NCBI GenBank assembly: GCA_041481485.1
Contig: JBGPBY010000003.1
Coordinates: 1 to 57,653, forward strand
Direction of reading: 5' to 3'
DNA: 57,653 nucleotides
DNA from: Terriglobia bacterium
Lineage (GTDB): Bacteria; Acidobacteriota; Terriglobia; 20CM-2-55-15
In this document: one piece after another, positions 36,686 through 46,264 of the stretch
Layout: the number at the start of each line of letters is the position of its first letter
Position numbering within the stretch: position 1 is the stretch's first letter
Notes under the pieces: model-generated
Databases searched by the model: none
What the model was told of the DNA's origin: nothing
What the model saw: the letters and a program-made list of their open reading frames with translations, nothing else
Position numbers and translations under genes: made by a program

Positions 36686-37929
36686 CACATCCCGAAACAT
36701 TTATTTGGATCATTGCTCTGGCCGCCATCGGGCTGATGTTGGCTCGTCCGAGAGGTATTTCCGAGGCTTACTGGGCGTGCGGCGGAGCGCTGTTCCTTAT
36801 CGCGACGCGGCTGATTTCGCTGCGAGCCGCAGCGCATGCCGTGCGCGAAGGGAGAGACGTTTATCTGTTCCTCGCGGGAATGATGATTCTAGCGGAACTT
36901 GCCCGGGAGAATGGTGTCTTCGAGTGGCTTGCGGATGTGGCGGCGCGACACGCGAGGCAATCATGCTGGCGACTGTTTGCGTTGATTTATCTGGTGGGGG
37001 CGGTTGTAACCGCATTTCTTTCGAACGATGCGACGGCGGTTGTGCTGACTCCCGCTGTTCTCGCGGTCGTGCGAAGAGCTAAGGTCCAGCCGATGCCCTA
37101 TCTGCTGGCCTGCGCTTTCATTGCAAACGCCGCGAGCTTTGTTTTCCCCATTTCGAATCCAGCAAACCTCGTGGTGTTCGACGGCCGTGTTCCGGCGCTG
37201 GGAATTTGGCTGAAGATATTTGCGCTTCCCGCGGTGGCGTCTGTGGCGGCGACTTTTGTCTGCCTCGCGTGGATGTCACGCAAGGAATTGTCGAGTGCGT
37301 TTTCGGAGTCTGCGAGTCACGTACACCTTTCGAAGCAGGGAAGGCTTGCGCTGGCGGGCCTTGTCACAGCTGCTGTCGTGCTGGTCGTGTCCTCGGTTCT
37401 CGGTTTATCTCTGGGTCTGCCTACCTTGGTGGCGGCTCTGCTCGCGACCGGCCTGGTTCTGTTGAATGACCGGGGAATTGTGCCAAGGATTGCCAGAGGA
37501 ATTTCCTGGAGCGTGTTGCCGCTGGTGGCCGGGTTGTTCGTCATCGTTGAGGCCCTGGAGGGCGCAGGCTTGCGGAAGTTCGGTGTTTCGGGATTCGAGA
37601 GACTGGCCGAGCTGTCCGCTGCCGTTGGCAGGATCGCGGCGGCGTTCCCTGTTGCGATCCTCTCGAACGCGATGAACAATCTGCCCGTGGCGCTGATGAG
37701 TGGCGCGGCGGTGCAACATGGGCAAGAAAGCGGTGTACTGGCGCATGCGGTGCTCATCGGAGTTGATCTCGGGCCCAATCTTTCCGTGACCGGTTCCCTG
37801 GCGACGATTCTCTGGCTGATCGCGCTGCGCCGCGAAGGAGTAGAGATTACGGCGTGGGATTTTTTCAAAATCGGAATTGTCGCAATGCCCGTGGCGCTGA
37901 TTGCCAGTCTGCTGTTTCTTTGGAGTTGA
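36682..37929 (+). CDS. ArsB/NhaD-family transporter
   Basis: FLSNDATAVVLTP, PISNPANL, MNNLP, GPNLSVTGSLATILW; ATGA overlap with the MFS gene. Confidence 0.9.
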   Translation: MTHPETFIWIIALAAIGLMLARPRGISEAYWACGGALFLIATRLISLRAAAHAVREGRDVYLFLAGMMILAELARENGVFEWLADVAARHARQSCWRLFALIYLVGAVVTAFLSNDATAVVLTPAVLAVVRRAKVQPMPYLLACAFIANAASFVFPISNPANLVVFDGRVPALGIWLKIFALPAVASVAATFVCLAWMSRKELSSAFSESASHVHLSKQGRLALAGLVTAAVVLVVSSVLGLSLGLPTLVAALLATGLVLLNDRGIVPRIARGISWSVLPLVAGLFVIVEALEGAGLRKFGVSGFERLAELSAAVGRIAAAFPVAILSNAMNNLPVALMSGAAVQHGQESGVLAHAVLIGVDLGPNLSVTGSLATILWLIALRREGVEITAWDFFKIGIVAMPVALIASLLFLWS

Positions 37930-37933
37930 AGAA

Positions 37934-38587
37934 TTGCCCAAGCGAATTCCGTTCTCGATAGCGGCGGGGATTCTACTTACTCTTCCCCTTGGAATAATGA
38001 TGCCGTGCAGGGCGCAAGAGGGTCCTCCTCCTCCCCCACATCCGCCAGGAGTGCATCCGGAACCACCGAGACTCGATGAACGAAGCGTGAAGGAACGAAT
38101 GCAAACGGTGAGGAATCGTCTCGCACAAGTAAGGGTTACGGATAAGGACGCCGAAGACTTGATTTCAGCGGCACAGCGGGAGCTGGGGCGCGCACAAGGA
38201 AAGCTCGGGGGAAACGAAATCCATGCGGCGGACCGGCTGCAGGCGGCGGCTGACGCATTCGTGCACGCGGCGGAACATTCCCTTCATCTGGCGGATGGTC
38301 CGAAGGGCCCGGTTCCACAGCCTGGAGAAATTGCGGATCACTTGCAGCGCGTGTATTTCCGCTTGCAGCAGGCCGATTTCTTCGCGCGTGCAAGCGGAGA
38401 GCCGGAAGCGAAACCGCTGCCCGGCTTCGCCCGGAAATACTATGAAGAAGCCCGCAAAGCGTACGATAGAGGCGGCTGGTTCGCGGCCGATGAGTATGCA
38501 AAATCCGCTGACGACACAATGCGGGGACTTGAGAATCTGGCGCAGGCTGCTGTGCCGGAGCCGCCGCCTCCGCCGAGGCCGCGGTAG
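37934..38587 (+). CDS. Exported helical Pro-rich protein (possible two-component accessory)
   Basis: Signal-like N-terminus, helical body; directly upstream of the kinase. Confidence 0.7.
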   Translation: MPKRIPFSIAAGILLTLPLGIMMPCRAQEGPPPPPHPPGVHPEPPRLDERSVKERMQTVRNRLAQVRVTDKDAEDLISAAQRELGRAQGKLGGNEIHAADRLQAAADAFVHAAEHSLHLADGPKGPVPQPGEIADHLQRVYFRLQQADFFARASGEPEAKPLPGFARKYYEEARKAYDRGGWFAADEYAKSADDTMRGLENLAQAAVPEPPPPPRPR

Positions 38588-38593
38588 AGAATA

Positions 38594-40045
38594 ATGAAGA
38601 CTTTCTTCCAGCGCCGGTTGCAGCTGCAGCTTCTGCTCATCTTGCTTGCCGGGGTAGCCGTCGCATCGTTGAGCGTGCTGCTCATCTGGGACAGCGTGCA
38701 CAATGCGGAACGCGTTGTCATCGGTGATATGGGCGGCCAGTTGAATTCTGCCGTGACGGAACTGTCCCGGCAGTACGCGTCCCGCGCCGACTCGGACTCG
38801 ACCTGGGCATCGCTGCCGCTCGCGTCCCAGGACGTTTCGCTCCGCGGCGTAACGCAAGCGGTGTTGCGTTCCTATCCCGGAGTCGAGGGAGGATTTTTCT
38901 CGAACGGGGAGTTCGTCGGCTACGCGTTTCCGACGCACGACAATCCGGCAGCCAAGACCGATGTTCCCGCCGCCGAGCGATCGGTTATAGAAGATGTTTC
39001 GCGCCGTGCGAGGGCAAGCGGCGATGCCCAGGAGTTGCTGCGAGGCGGCAGTGAACTGGTTTTTGTGCGCGCGATGAAAACGCGCGGGCAGGATGCCGTG
39101 GCGTGGGCGATGCAGCGGCGGCCGCGGCAGACGGGCACGGCGTGGCGTCGTGTGCTGCTCATCGCTCTCGTGCTCGCGGCCCTCATGAGTGTCGGCGGGA
39201 CTTTGCGGATGGCCGTCGCGCTGCGACGGGGCGTCACCGAGATTCAGGATGGTCTTGCGGGGCTTGAAAAGGATTTCAACCGGTCGCTGCCCGAAAGTTC
39301 GGGGGAACTGGGTGAGATCACAAAATCGATCAACCGCATGGCGGAGGTCCGCCGGAAGCTGGAGGAAGAGTTGAGGCGGGAAGACCGGCTTCGTACGGTG
39401 GGGCGCACGGTGGCAGGATTCGCCCACGAGATACGGAATCCATTGAACGGCATTCGCCTTTCGATGCAAGTGCTCGAACAGCGCTTGAAGAGCGGCGCCG
39501 TCCAGCCTCCGGATCTGAAACTGGTGATGGGCGAAGTGGACCGTATGGATGCGCTGCTCACGGAGCTGCTCGCATTTCGGGAAAAGAAAAACAGCGATGT
39601 CTCCGAGCAGGACATACTGCCGGTCCTCGAACGTTGCGTGGAACTGGTGCAGCCTTCGAACGGTGGATCGAGAATCCGCATCGAAACTTCCGGGCACGGG
39701 TCTCCGCTTGCGGCCAGGGTGGACGCGCAGAAGCTGACGCAGGCGATGTTGAACCTATTGCTGAACGCGGTGGAAGCGGCTGGAAAAAATGGAGAAGTCA
39801 TTGCGAGGCTGCGACGAAACGACGAGCACGTAGAGATTGAAATTCAAGATTCGGGACCCGAACTCACTGCCGAGCAGCAACAACATATGTTTGAACCGTT
39901 CTACACGACGAAAGCCAACGGGACGGGTCTGGGCCTCGCGGTGTCGCGACAGCTCATCCTGGAAATGGGTGGGGAGCTGCGGTATGAGCCGGGGACGGGA
40001 AAGAAAGCGTTCGTGATTTCGCTCGAGGCGGTGCAGCGTGGGTAG
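38594..40045 (+). CDS. Sensor histidine kinase
   Basis: 2 TM, HAMP, AHEIRNPL, NLLLNA, DSG, FEPFYTTK, GTGLGL. Confidence 0.96.
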   Translation: MKTFFQRRLQLQLLLILLAGVAVASLSVLLIWDSVHNAERVVIGDMGGQLNSAVTELSRQYASRADSDSTWASLPLASQDVSLRGVTQAVLRSYPGVEGGFFSNGEFVGYAFPTHDNPAAKTDVPAAERSVIEDVSRRARASGDAQELLRGGSELVFVRAMKTRGQDAVAWAMQRRPRQTGTAWRRVLLIALVLAALMSVGGTLRMAVALRRGVTEIQDGLAGLEKDFNRSLPESSGELGEITKSINRMAEVRRKLEEELRREDRLRTVGRTVAGFAHEIRNPLNGIRLSMQVLEQRLKSGAVQPPDLKLVMGEVDRMDALLTELLAFREKKNSDVSEQDILPVLERCVELVQPSNGGSRIRIETSGHGSPLAARVDAQKLTQAMLNLLLNAVEAAGKNGEVIARLRRNDEHVEIEIQDSGPELTAEQQQHMFEPFYTTKANGTGLGLAVSRQLILEMGGELRYEPGTGKKAFVISLEAVQRG

Positions 40046-41387
40046 AGAAAAAATACTTGTCGCGGAGGATGACCGCACGGCGCGTGTATCACTGGCCGAG
40101 TTGCTCGAAGGACAGGGATTCGAGGTTCTGCTGGCCGAAACAGGAACACAAGCCGAATCGATTCTCTCGGAGAACGAGCCGGATCTTGCGCTGCTCGACA
40201 TTCGCATGCCAGGAGCAGACGGCTTGACCGTTCTGCGGAATGCGCGAGCGCGGAGTTCGGACACCGCGCTGATCATCATGACCGCGCATGGAGACAGCAG
40301 CACCGCGATCGAAGCGATGAAGGCCGGAGCCTTCGACTACGTTCTCAAGCCCATCGATTTTCAGCTGCTGCTGCAACAGATTGAGAGAGCGCTTGAGCAT
40401 CGCCGGCTCTTGCGCGAACAAAAGCACGCGGCACCGGGTCCGAAAGTAACTTCTGCCGCCGCCATCGTGGGGCAAAGCCCGGTCATGCAACATATATATA
40501 AGTTGATCGGCCAGGTCGCCGCATCGGATGCAACAGTGCTGGTGCGGGGCGAATCGGGAACGGGAAAAGAGTTGGTGGTGAACGCGATTCACTTCAACAG
40601 CGCGCGCGCGAAAGGTGCACTCGTCAAGGTGAACTGTGCTTCGATCCCCGACTCATTGCTGGAGTCGGAACTTTTCGGGCACGAAAAGGGGGCATTCACG
40701 AACGCGGTCTCGCGGCGGATCGGCCGGTTTGAGGAAGCGACGGGCGGAACCCTTTTTCTCGATGAAATCGGCGAACTGACTCCGGCCCTGCAATCGAAAT
40801 TGCTGCGCGCGGTACAGGAACGAACCATCGAACGCCTCGGCAGCAACGCTCCAATCCCGGTAGATATCCGCTTGATTACGGCGACATCGCGGAATCTCGA
40901 AGAAGCGATTCAGGAAGGAGAATTCCGCGAGGATCTGTACTACCGCCTCAACGTGGTGACGATGTCTTTACCGCCGCTGCGCGAGCGCCGCCAGGATATT
41001 CCCGCCCTCGTGGAATACTTTCTGCATCGTGGAGGAAGGTCAGCATCCATCACGGCGCAAGCGTTGACGAAGCTCAGCCAATACCACTGGCCCGGGAACA
41101 TTCGCGAACTCGAGAATACGATCGAACGTGCGATGGTACTGGCTCGCGAGGGCGTGGTGACGGAGAATGAAATCGAGTTGCGGCCGGCCCAGAGCAGCTC
41201 CGATGAAGGATGGGCGGCACAAGCTCCGGTGGAAGGTGGGTGGGAAGCAAACTTTGCGGAACTCGAGAAGTCGCTGGTCGAGCGCGCGCTTCTTCAAGCG
41301 CAAGGAAACAAGAGCAAGGCCGCGGATCTACTCGGGATTCACCGACGGCTACTGTACGAGAAAATGCGGCGGCATGGGCTTTCGTAG
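40038..41387 (+). CDS. Sigma54-dependent response regulator (NtrC family)
   Basis: Receiver, GESGTGKE, GAFTNA, LFLDEIGE, WPGNIREL, Fis-type HTH. Confidence 0.96.
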   Translation: MGREKILVAEDDRTARVSLAELLEGQGFEVLLAETGTQAESILSENEPDLALLDIRMPGADGLTVLRNARARSSDTALIIMTAHGDSSTAIEAMKAGAFDYVLKPIDFQLLLQQIERALEHRRLLREQKHAAPGPKVTSAAAIVGQSPVMQHIYKLIGQVAASDATVLVRGESGTGKELVVNAIHFNSARAKGALVKVNCASIPDSLLESELFGHEKGAFTNAVSRRIGRFEEATGGTLFLDEIGELTPALQSKLLRAVQERTIERLGSNAPIPVDIRLITATSRNLEEAIQEGEFREDLYYRLNVVTMSLPPLRERRQDIPALVEYFLHRGGRSASITAQALTKLSQYHWPGNIRELENTIERAMVLAREGVVTENEIELRPAQSSSDEGWAAQAPVEGGWEANFAELEKSLVERALLQAQGNKSKAADLLGIHRRLLYEKMRRHGLS

Positions 41388-41434
41388 TGCCCGATGAAGC
41401 GGTTTTTCGTTGGATTTGTCGTTGATGCCTGCAA

Positions 41435-41932
41435 TCAAGTTCCCTCACTGATCTCAGGCGTTCCATTCGAGTTCTTCGGCCCATCAAGCTTTGGCGGCGC
41501 CGTAGCTTGCTTTGGATCTTCCAAGCTCACGGCCACTGTTTCTTGAGGAAGGATTCCCGGCGCTGAGGCCGGAACTAGCAGTTCCCGTATGGATTCGAGA
41601 AGACACTCCACGGGTTCCGTTTTTGAAAGGACCTTCCGCGCGCCCGCCCTTTTGCCCTCCAATTCGATCTGGTCGTTCTTGTGGAGTGTGTACAGAATGA
41701 TGGGGACGGCGGGTGAGTGTCTCAGAATCTCGACGGCCGCGTGGAGGCCATCAAGCATTGGCATGGCGATGTCGAGAATAATAAGGTCGGGCTTCAGCTG
41801 GTGCGCCAGCAAAACGGCTTGCCGGCCGTTGGCAGCCTGACCGCAAACATCCCATTTCCCGTCCTGCGAAAGGACAGTGGACAAAAGTTTGCGAATCTCT
41901 TCGTTATCGTCCGCGATCAGAATCTTCGGCAT
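41435..41932 (-). CDS. Single-domain response regulator
   Basis: ILIADD, PDLIILDIAMPMLDG; no DNA-binding domain. Confidence 0.88.
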   Translation of the reverse strand: MPKILIADDNEEIRKLLSTVLSQDGKWDVCGQAANGRQAVLLAHQLKPDLIILDIAMPMLDGLHAAVEILRHSPAVPIILYTLHKNDQIELEGKRAGARKVLSKTEPVECLLESIRELLVPASAPGILPQETVAVSLEDPKQATAPPKLDGPKNSNGTPEISEGT

Positions 41933-42516
41933 CAGGGCGTGCCCTTTAGAAATGGCAGCCCTTCTGTAGGTTATCCGACATAGGGCCCACGGGACACTAC
42001 AATTGTCCGAAAGAAGGAGGAATACAAAGATTCGTGTATGTCCGACGTACCCCCTCGCAAAGGCCAGTACTCAGGATGTGCGTTGGTGTGACTGCTCCAT
42101 TGGTGTTGTTCGCTCTCCTGCGCCCGCCCGGATTTGCGGCGAGCAATAGCTTGTGGCCTGGAACCTTTCGGGCATTCTGGACCTAACCGTGGCCGTGAGT
42201 ATCGGGGCTCGTCGGCAAATAAGCAACACGCTACCACGCAGAAGTCACAGACATGCTCGGAGGAACTCCCGTGGGGAGGCCGCACCACACCTCTCCCGTG
42301 GCCAACAAATCGGTCAATGGGCAATCCGGAAGTTGGCCAGCCGTCAGATCAGTAACGGCAAAAGCGCTTGTATGAATTAATGGGGCAAGCCGGTTCGGTG
42401 GGCAACCCGACTCAGAGTGTATCCAATTGTGTCCTTCCGGGAGTTCAACTTGTGGCATGCGAGTCTTCGTCAGCTTCGCTCGACTCGCCGTCACTGGCTT
42501 TGAGCTTCAACTGGCT

Positions 42517-42571
42517 CAGAGCCTTGACAGGAGGAGCGGGCGGATCAGGCGCAGGATTTGGCCAGGAAGGG
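42517..42571. repeat. Second copy of the right half of the leading-region element
   Basis: 50/55 nt identical to 6254-6308. Confidence 0.9.
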
Positions 42572-42669
42572 TATTTGGAAGAAAAGACAGTTTTGTTCGA
42601 GACTCACGGAACTGGTGCCAGGTCTCGGAAGCTTCAGGATTTCATGGGGACGAGCCATTCGGCTGCGAT

Positions 42670-42687
42670 GGCGGTTTGGAAACCGCC
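42670..42687 (+). repeat. Dispersed hairpin, copy D (variant)
   Basis: GGCGGTTT-GG-AAACCGCC, one A shorter than copies A-C. Confidence 0.65.
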
Positions 42688-42819
42688 TAGAGTTTGGTTC
42701 ACCGGCATGCATTCGGTGGAAAGCCGAGAATGCGCCGTTCTAGTTGCCCCAATCTAATGTCACGCAAATAAAAGCTTGTCCAAGCAGAAGGGTTTCTGGG
42801 AATAGCTCGGAGACATTGC

Positions 42820-42845
42820 ATCGATATACGATATCGAACTACGAT
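42820..42845. promoter_or_regulatory. Tandem ATCG-N5-CGAT palindromes (probable PadR operator)
   Basis: ATCG-ATATA-CGAT followed directly by ATCG-AACTA-CGAT, 20 nt before padR. Confidence 0.6.
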
Positions 42846-42865
42846 GTAAGTAAGTGGATGAAGGT

Positions 42866-43195
42866 ATGGATGATCGCGAACTGTATGGAGGCCTGATTCG
42901 GCTGCATGTGTTGCATCATGCGAGCGAAGAGCCGCTGTATGGGCATTGGATGATCGAGGAACTGCGGCGGCACGGATACGGCATAGGTCCGGGAACGATG
43001 TATCCGCTGCTTCACGGCCTGGAGCGGAAAGGCTATTTGCTGGCGAAACGCGACCGTGTTGGCAGCCGCTACCGCAAGGTATATCGCATCACACCCTCGG
43101 GACGAAGAGCCTTGACGGTAGCGCGGCGCAAGGTGCAGGAACTGTTCGGTGAAATGTTTGAGGCAGCTCCACGGAATCGAAAGAGGGCAACATGA
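42866..43195 (+). CDS. PadR-family regulator
   Basis: LYGHWMIEEL, GPGTMYPLLH, RKVYRITPSG. Confidence 0.93.
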   Translation: MDDRELYGGLIRLHVLHHASEEPLYGHWMIEELRRHGYGIGPGTMYPLLHGLERKGYLLAKRDRVGSRYRKVYRITPSGRRALTVARRKVQELFGEMFEAAPRNRKRAT

Positions 43196-44697
43196 GCCGC
43201 CTGCCAACTTCCCGTCGTGAATTTCTGAAACTGGCCGGCGCAGCAGCGGGCTCTGGCTTAGTTGGTCCAGGTATTGGTTTAGGTCGGTCGGGACTATTTG
43301 CCGGCGCGGAGCCTCAGGCGGCCGAGTCGAAGGCTGACTATACACTTCGCATTGGGGCGAGCCCGATTGAAATTGCCCACAACCGGATCGTTTCCGGAAT
43401 TACGTACAACGGCAAGTTCCCAGGCCCGTTGCTGCGGTTCAAAGAGGGGCAGCCGGTCATCGTTGACGTTTTTAATGACACCGATACTCCGGAGCAATTG
43501 CACTGGCACGGCCAGTTCGTTCCAACGGACGTGGACGGCGCAGCCGAGGAAGGCACGCCGTACGTCCCCGCTCGCGGGATGCGAAGGATTGCTTTCACTC
43601 CGGGCCCATCCGGTTTCCGCTTCTATCACACGCACAATCGCGCGGGCGCCGACCTACGTGCGGGGCAGTACAGCGGCCAGGTTGGTCCCGTGTACATTGA
43701 ACCGAAACAGGAGCCGGGCAGTTACGACAAGGAAGTGTTTCTCGTTCTCAAGGAATTCGAGCCGTCATTCAGCCAGGGCGGCGACATGGCACAGGATTTT
43801 CTGCCGCCTTCCGGAAAAATCAAAGAACTCGAAACGGCGGGCGAATCTTCGATGAAAGCCTCGCTTGCGAAAGGCATGCCGCATGGCTACGAAGTCGGCT
43901 ATCGGTATTTTACGATCAATGGGCGGATGCTGGGGCATAGTGAGCCGATCCGCGTGAAACGGGGCGATCGGATTCTCTTTCACGTTCTTAACGGAAGCGC
44001 GACGGAGATTCGAAGTCTCGCGTTGCCGGGACATACCTTCAAGGTGATTGCTCTCGACGGGAATCCCGTTCCGACTCCTGCGGAAGTTCCGATGCTCTGG
44101 ATGGGAACTGCAGAACGCATCTCGGCCGTTGTCGAAATGAACCATCCGGGTGCGTGGATCATGGGTGACTTGGCCGACGACGACCGGAATCATGGTATGG
44201 GCGTCGTCGTCGAGTACGCAGGCCAGCATGGCAAACCCGCATGGCTGCCGCCCAAGGCGTTTCATTGGAATTACACTCGGTTTGCCAGAGCTGCTGCGGC
44301 CGTTGCGATGCCCGACGAAGTTTTCGATATGACTTTCGCGAAAGAAAACGCAGCGGAAGAGGGGTTCAACCGCTGGACGATCAACGGAACCGCGTATCCC
44401 ATGGAGCAGAAAAGTGTGCCGGCATCGTTTCATCTGACACAGGGAAAGCGCTACCGCCTGCGGATGCGGAACGCGAGCGACGACATTCATCCGATTCATT
44501 TGCACCGCCATAGTTTCGAACTCACCAAGGTGGGCGGTGTACAGATGAGCAGCGTGATGAAAGACGTGGTAATGGTCGGCGGGTACCAGGAAGTTGAAGT
44601 GGATTTCACCGCGAACAATCCGGGCCTGACGCTGTTCCACTGTCACCAGCAACTGCACATGGATTTTGGCTTCATGACATTGTTCGACTACATCTAG
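43192..44697 (+). CDS. Tat-exported multicopper oxidase
   Basis: SRREFLK Tat motif; HWHG, FYHTH, HPIHLH, HCHQQLHMDFGFM. Confidence 0.95.
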   Translation: MSRLPTSRREFLKLAGAAAGSGLVGPGIGLGRSGLFAGAEPQAAESKADYTLRIGASPIEIAHNRIVSGITYNGKFPGPLLRFKEGQPVIVDVFNDTDTPEQLHWHGQFVPTDVDGAAEEGTPYVPARGMRRIAFTPGPSGFRFYHTHNRAGADLRAGQYSGQVGPVYIEPKQEPGSYDKEVFLVLKEFEPSFSQGGDMAQDFLPPSGKIKELETAGESSMKASLAKGMPHGYEVGYRYFTINGRMLGHSEPIRVKRGDRILFHVLNGSATEIRSLALPGHTFKVIALDGNPVPTPAEVPMLWMGTAERISAVVEMNHPGAWIMGDLADDDRNHGMGVVVEYAGQHGKPAWLPPKAFHWNYTRFARAAAAVAMPDEVFDMTFAKENAAEEGFNRWTINGTAYPMEQKSVPASFHLTQGKRYRLRMRNASDDIHPIHLHRHSFELTKVGGVQMSSVMKDVVMVGGYQEVEVDFTANNPGLTLFHCHQQLHMDFGFMTLFDYI

Positions 44698-44719
44698 ACG
44701 AAAACGAGCGGGGTACGAC

Positions 44720-45166
44720 GTGTCGGATGATTTCTCAACTGTCTGGGCGGGTCGCTCGGCGAAAGCGGTCGTGTTAATCCGCATTCTCGCTGGCTGGGTC
44801 TTCGTGTCCGAGGGGATTCAGAAATTTCTGTTTCCCGACGCGCTGGGCGCGGGTCGTTTCATTAAAATCGGAATTCCATGGCCGCACGCCATGGCTCCTT
44901 TTGTCGGCGCAGTAGAAATCGTATGCGGAAGTCTGGTGCTCGCGGGTCTGTTCACGCGCCTTGCGGTGATACCTCTGCTCGGAGTGATTTGCGTCGCTCT
45001 GTATTCGACGAAAATAGTCGCGTTTGGGAAATTTGGATTCTGGGGCACGCTGCATGAGGCACGCACGGACGTCAGCATGCTGCTCGCGTTGATTTTCCTG
45101 CTGCTTGCAGGGGGCGGTTCTTGGTCGCTCGACGCGGTCTGGCGTGCGCGCCGGATTTCGACGTGA
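44720..45166 (+). CDS. DoxX-family membrane protein
   Basis: LIRILAGWVFVSEGIQKF, GLFTRLA, GGGSWSLD. Confidence 0.9.
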   Translation: MSDDFSTVWAGRSAKAVVLIRILAGWVFVSEGIQKFLFPDALGAGRFIKIGIPWPHAMAPFVGAVEIVCGSLVLAGLFTRLAVIPLLGVICVALYSTKIVAFGKFGFWGTLHEARTDVSMLLALIFLLLAGGGSWSLDAVWRARRIST

Positions 45167-45335
45167 GAGAATCGCCCACGTCGAATCTCTCCTCCGACGG
45201 TTTGCTGTCCCCATGGACCATCTTTCTCGCGTATCTGCGTCTCGGTTGTACTTCGTTTGGGGGGGATCGCGCATCTGGGTTATTTCCGGGAGGAGTTTGT
45301 GGTTCGCCGGAAGTGGCTGGATGATGCGACGTTCC
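45163..45335 (+). pseudogene. chrA: Frameshifted and truncated chromate transporter fragment
   Basis: LRLGCTSFGG / IAHLGYFREEFVVRRKWLDDATF split by a frameshift at a G7 run; homology ends near 45335. Confidence 0.85.
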
Positions 45336-45403
45336 CGCCGAAGGACCGAACCCTTTGGTTGAGAGCCGAAAGCACCTAGTCTCTCATTGCGGCTTGTCGC
45401 AAC

Positions 45404-45682
45404 TTACTTCAGGTATCGATTTACGATATCGATAAGCTCTTCCGCGGCTTCTGATCCCTCCGCGGTCAGTTTGGACTTCGGGTCGAGAACGTGATACCGA
45501 ACGTGTCCTTCCATTACTTCAGCCATTAGCCCGTTGATCGCACCGCGGCAAGCAGCAATCGTTTGCAGCACCTTCGAGCACTCTTCGTCGCTATCCAACG
45601 CGGTCTCGATTGCGCTCACCTGCCCCTTGATTCTCCTAATGCGGTTGAGAAGTTTCTTTTTGTCTTTGGTGGTGTGCGCCAT
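45404..45682 (-). CDS. CsoR/RcnR/FrmR-family metal-sensing repressor
   Basis: MAHT...RIRRIKGQV...ECSKVLQTIAACRGA...EGHVRYH. Confidence 0.93.
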   Translation of the reverse strand: MAHTTKDKKKLLNRIRRIKGQVSAIETALDSDEECSKVLQTIAACRGAINGLMAEVMEGHVRYHVLDPKSKLTAEGSEAAEELIDIVNRYLK

Positions 45683-45711
45683 ATCTCTTCCCGCTTCCGT
45701 TGGTTCAATGA

Positions 45712-45726
45712 TACTATCCCGGAGTA
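45712..45726. promoter_or_regulatory. RcnR-type operator TACT-N7-AGTA
   Basis: TACT-ATCCCGG-AGTA in the divergent intergenic region. Confidence 0.65.
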
Positions 45727-45830
45727 CAGTAATTAAAGGCCCGCGTGGGGGATTCACATCCATCCCCGGGGTGATTAGTAGGCGCCGGGCTAAGCGTCAA
45801 AGCAGAAACTGGGGTAGTCTAAGACTCGGG

Positions 45831-46130
45831 ATGATCGGCAAGTCCAAGACGGGACGTGGTCATGTCAGGGTGGCGGCTCTTACCCTGGCGGTTCTGTTCG
45901 TTTTCGTTGTGTTTGTCTCCCAAGGCCTGAGCCACTCACATCCGAGCGGGAGAGCAGACGCTGCTTGCCAGGTCTGCCAAGCGGCGCACATAGGCTCCGC
46001 GCCACGGGCCCTGAGCCCGTCGTTGTTCAGCCCCCTTGTTGCGACTGGGTACGTTCAGCCGTTTATCGTAACGATTCACCAAGAGTTTTTCTTCCACGAT
46101 TCTCCTTCCCGCGCGCCGCCCAAGGCGTAG
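45831..46130 (+). CDS. DUF2946/CutF/CruR-like leader protein with RAPP arrest motif
   Basis: N-terminal TM, HSH, CQVC, C-terminal SRAPPKA; directly upstream of a TonB receptor. Confidence 0.8.
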   Translation: MIGKSKTGRGHVRVAALTLAVLFVFVVFVSQGLSHSHPSGRADAACQVCQAAHIGSAPRALSPSLFSPLVATGYVQPFIVTIHQEFFFHDSPSRAPPKA

Positions 46131-46264
46131 TCCAGAAACACCCCGCTCTGAGTCGTTCTAATGCGCTGTCCCTTTAATGGGGCGGTGCCATCGCCATATT
46201 TCCAGGCGGCCAATCCACCACTAGCAAACACACATCGACCAACCTTGGGTCGCAGGAGAAATCA

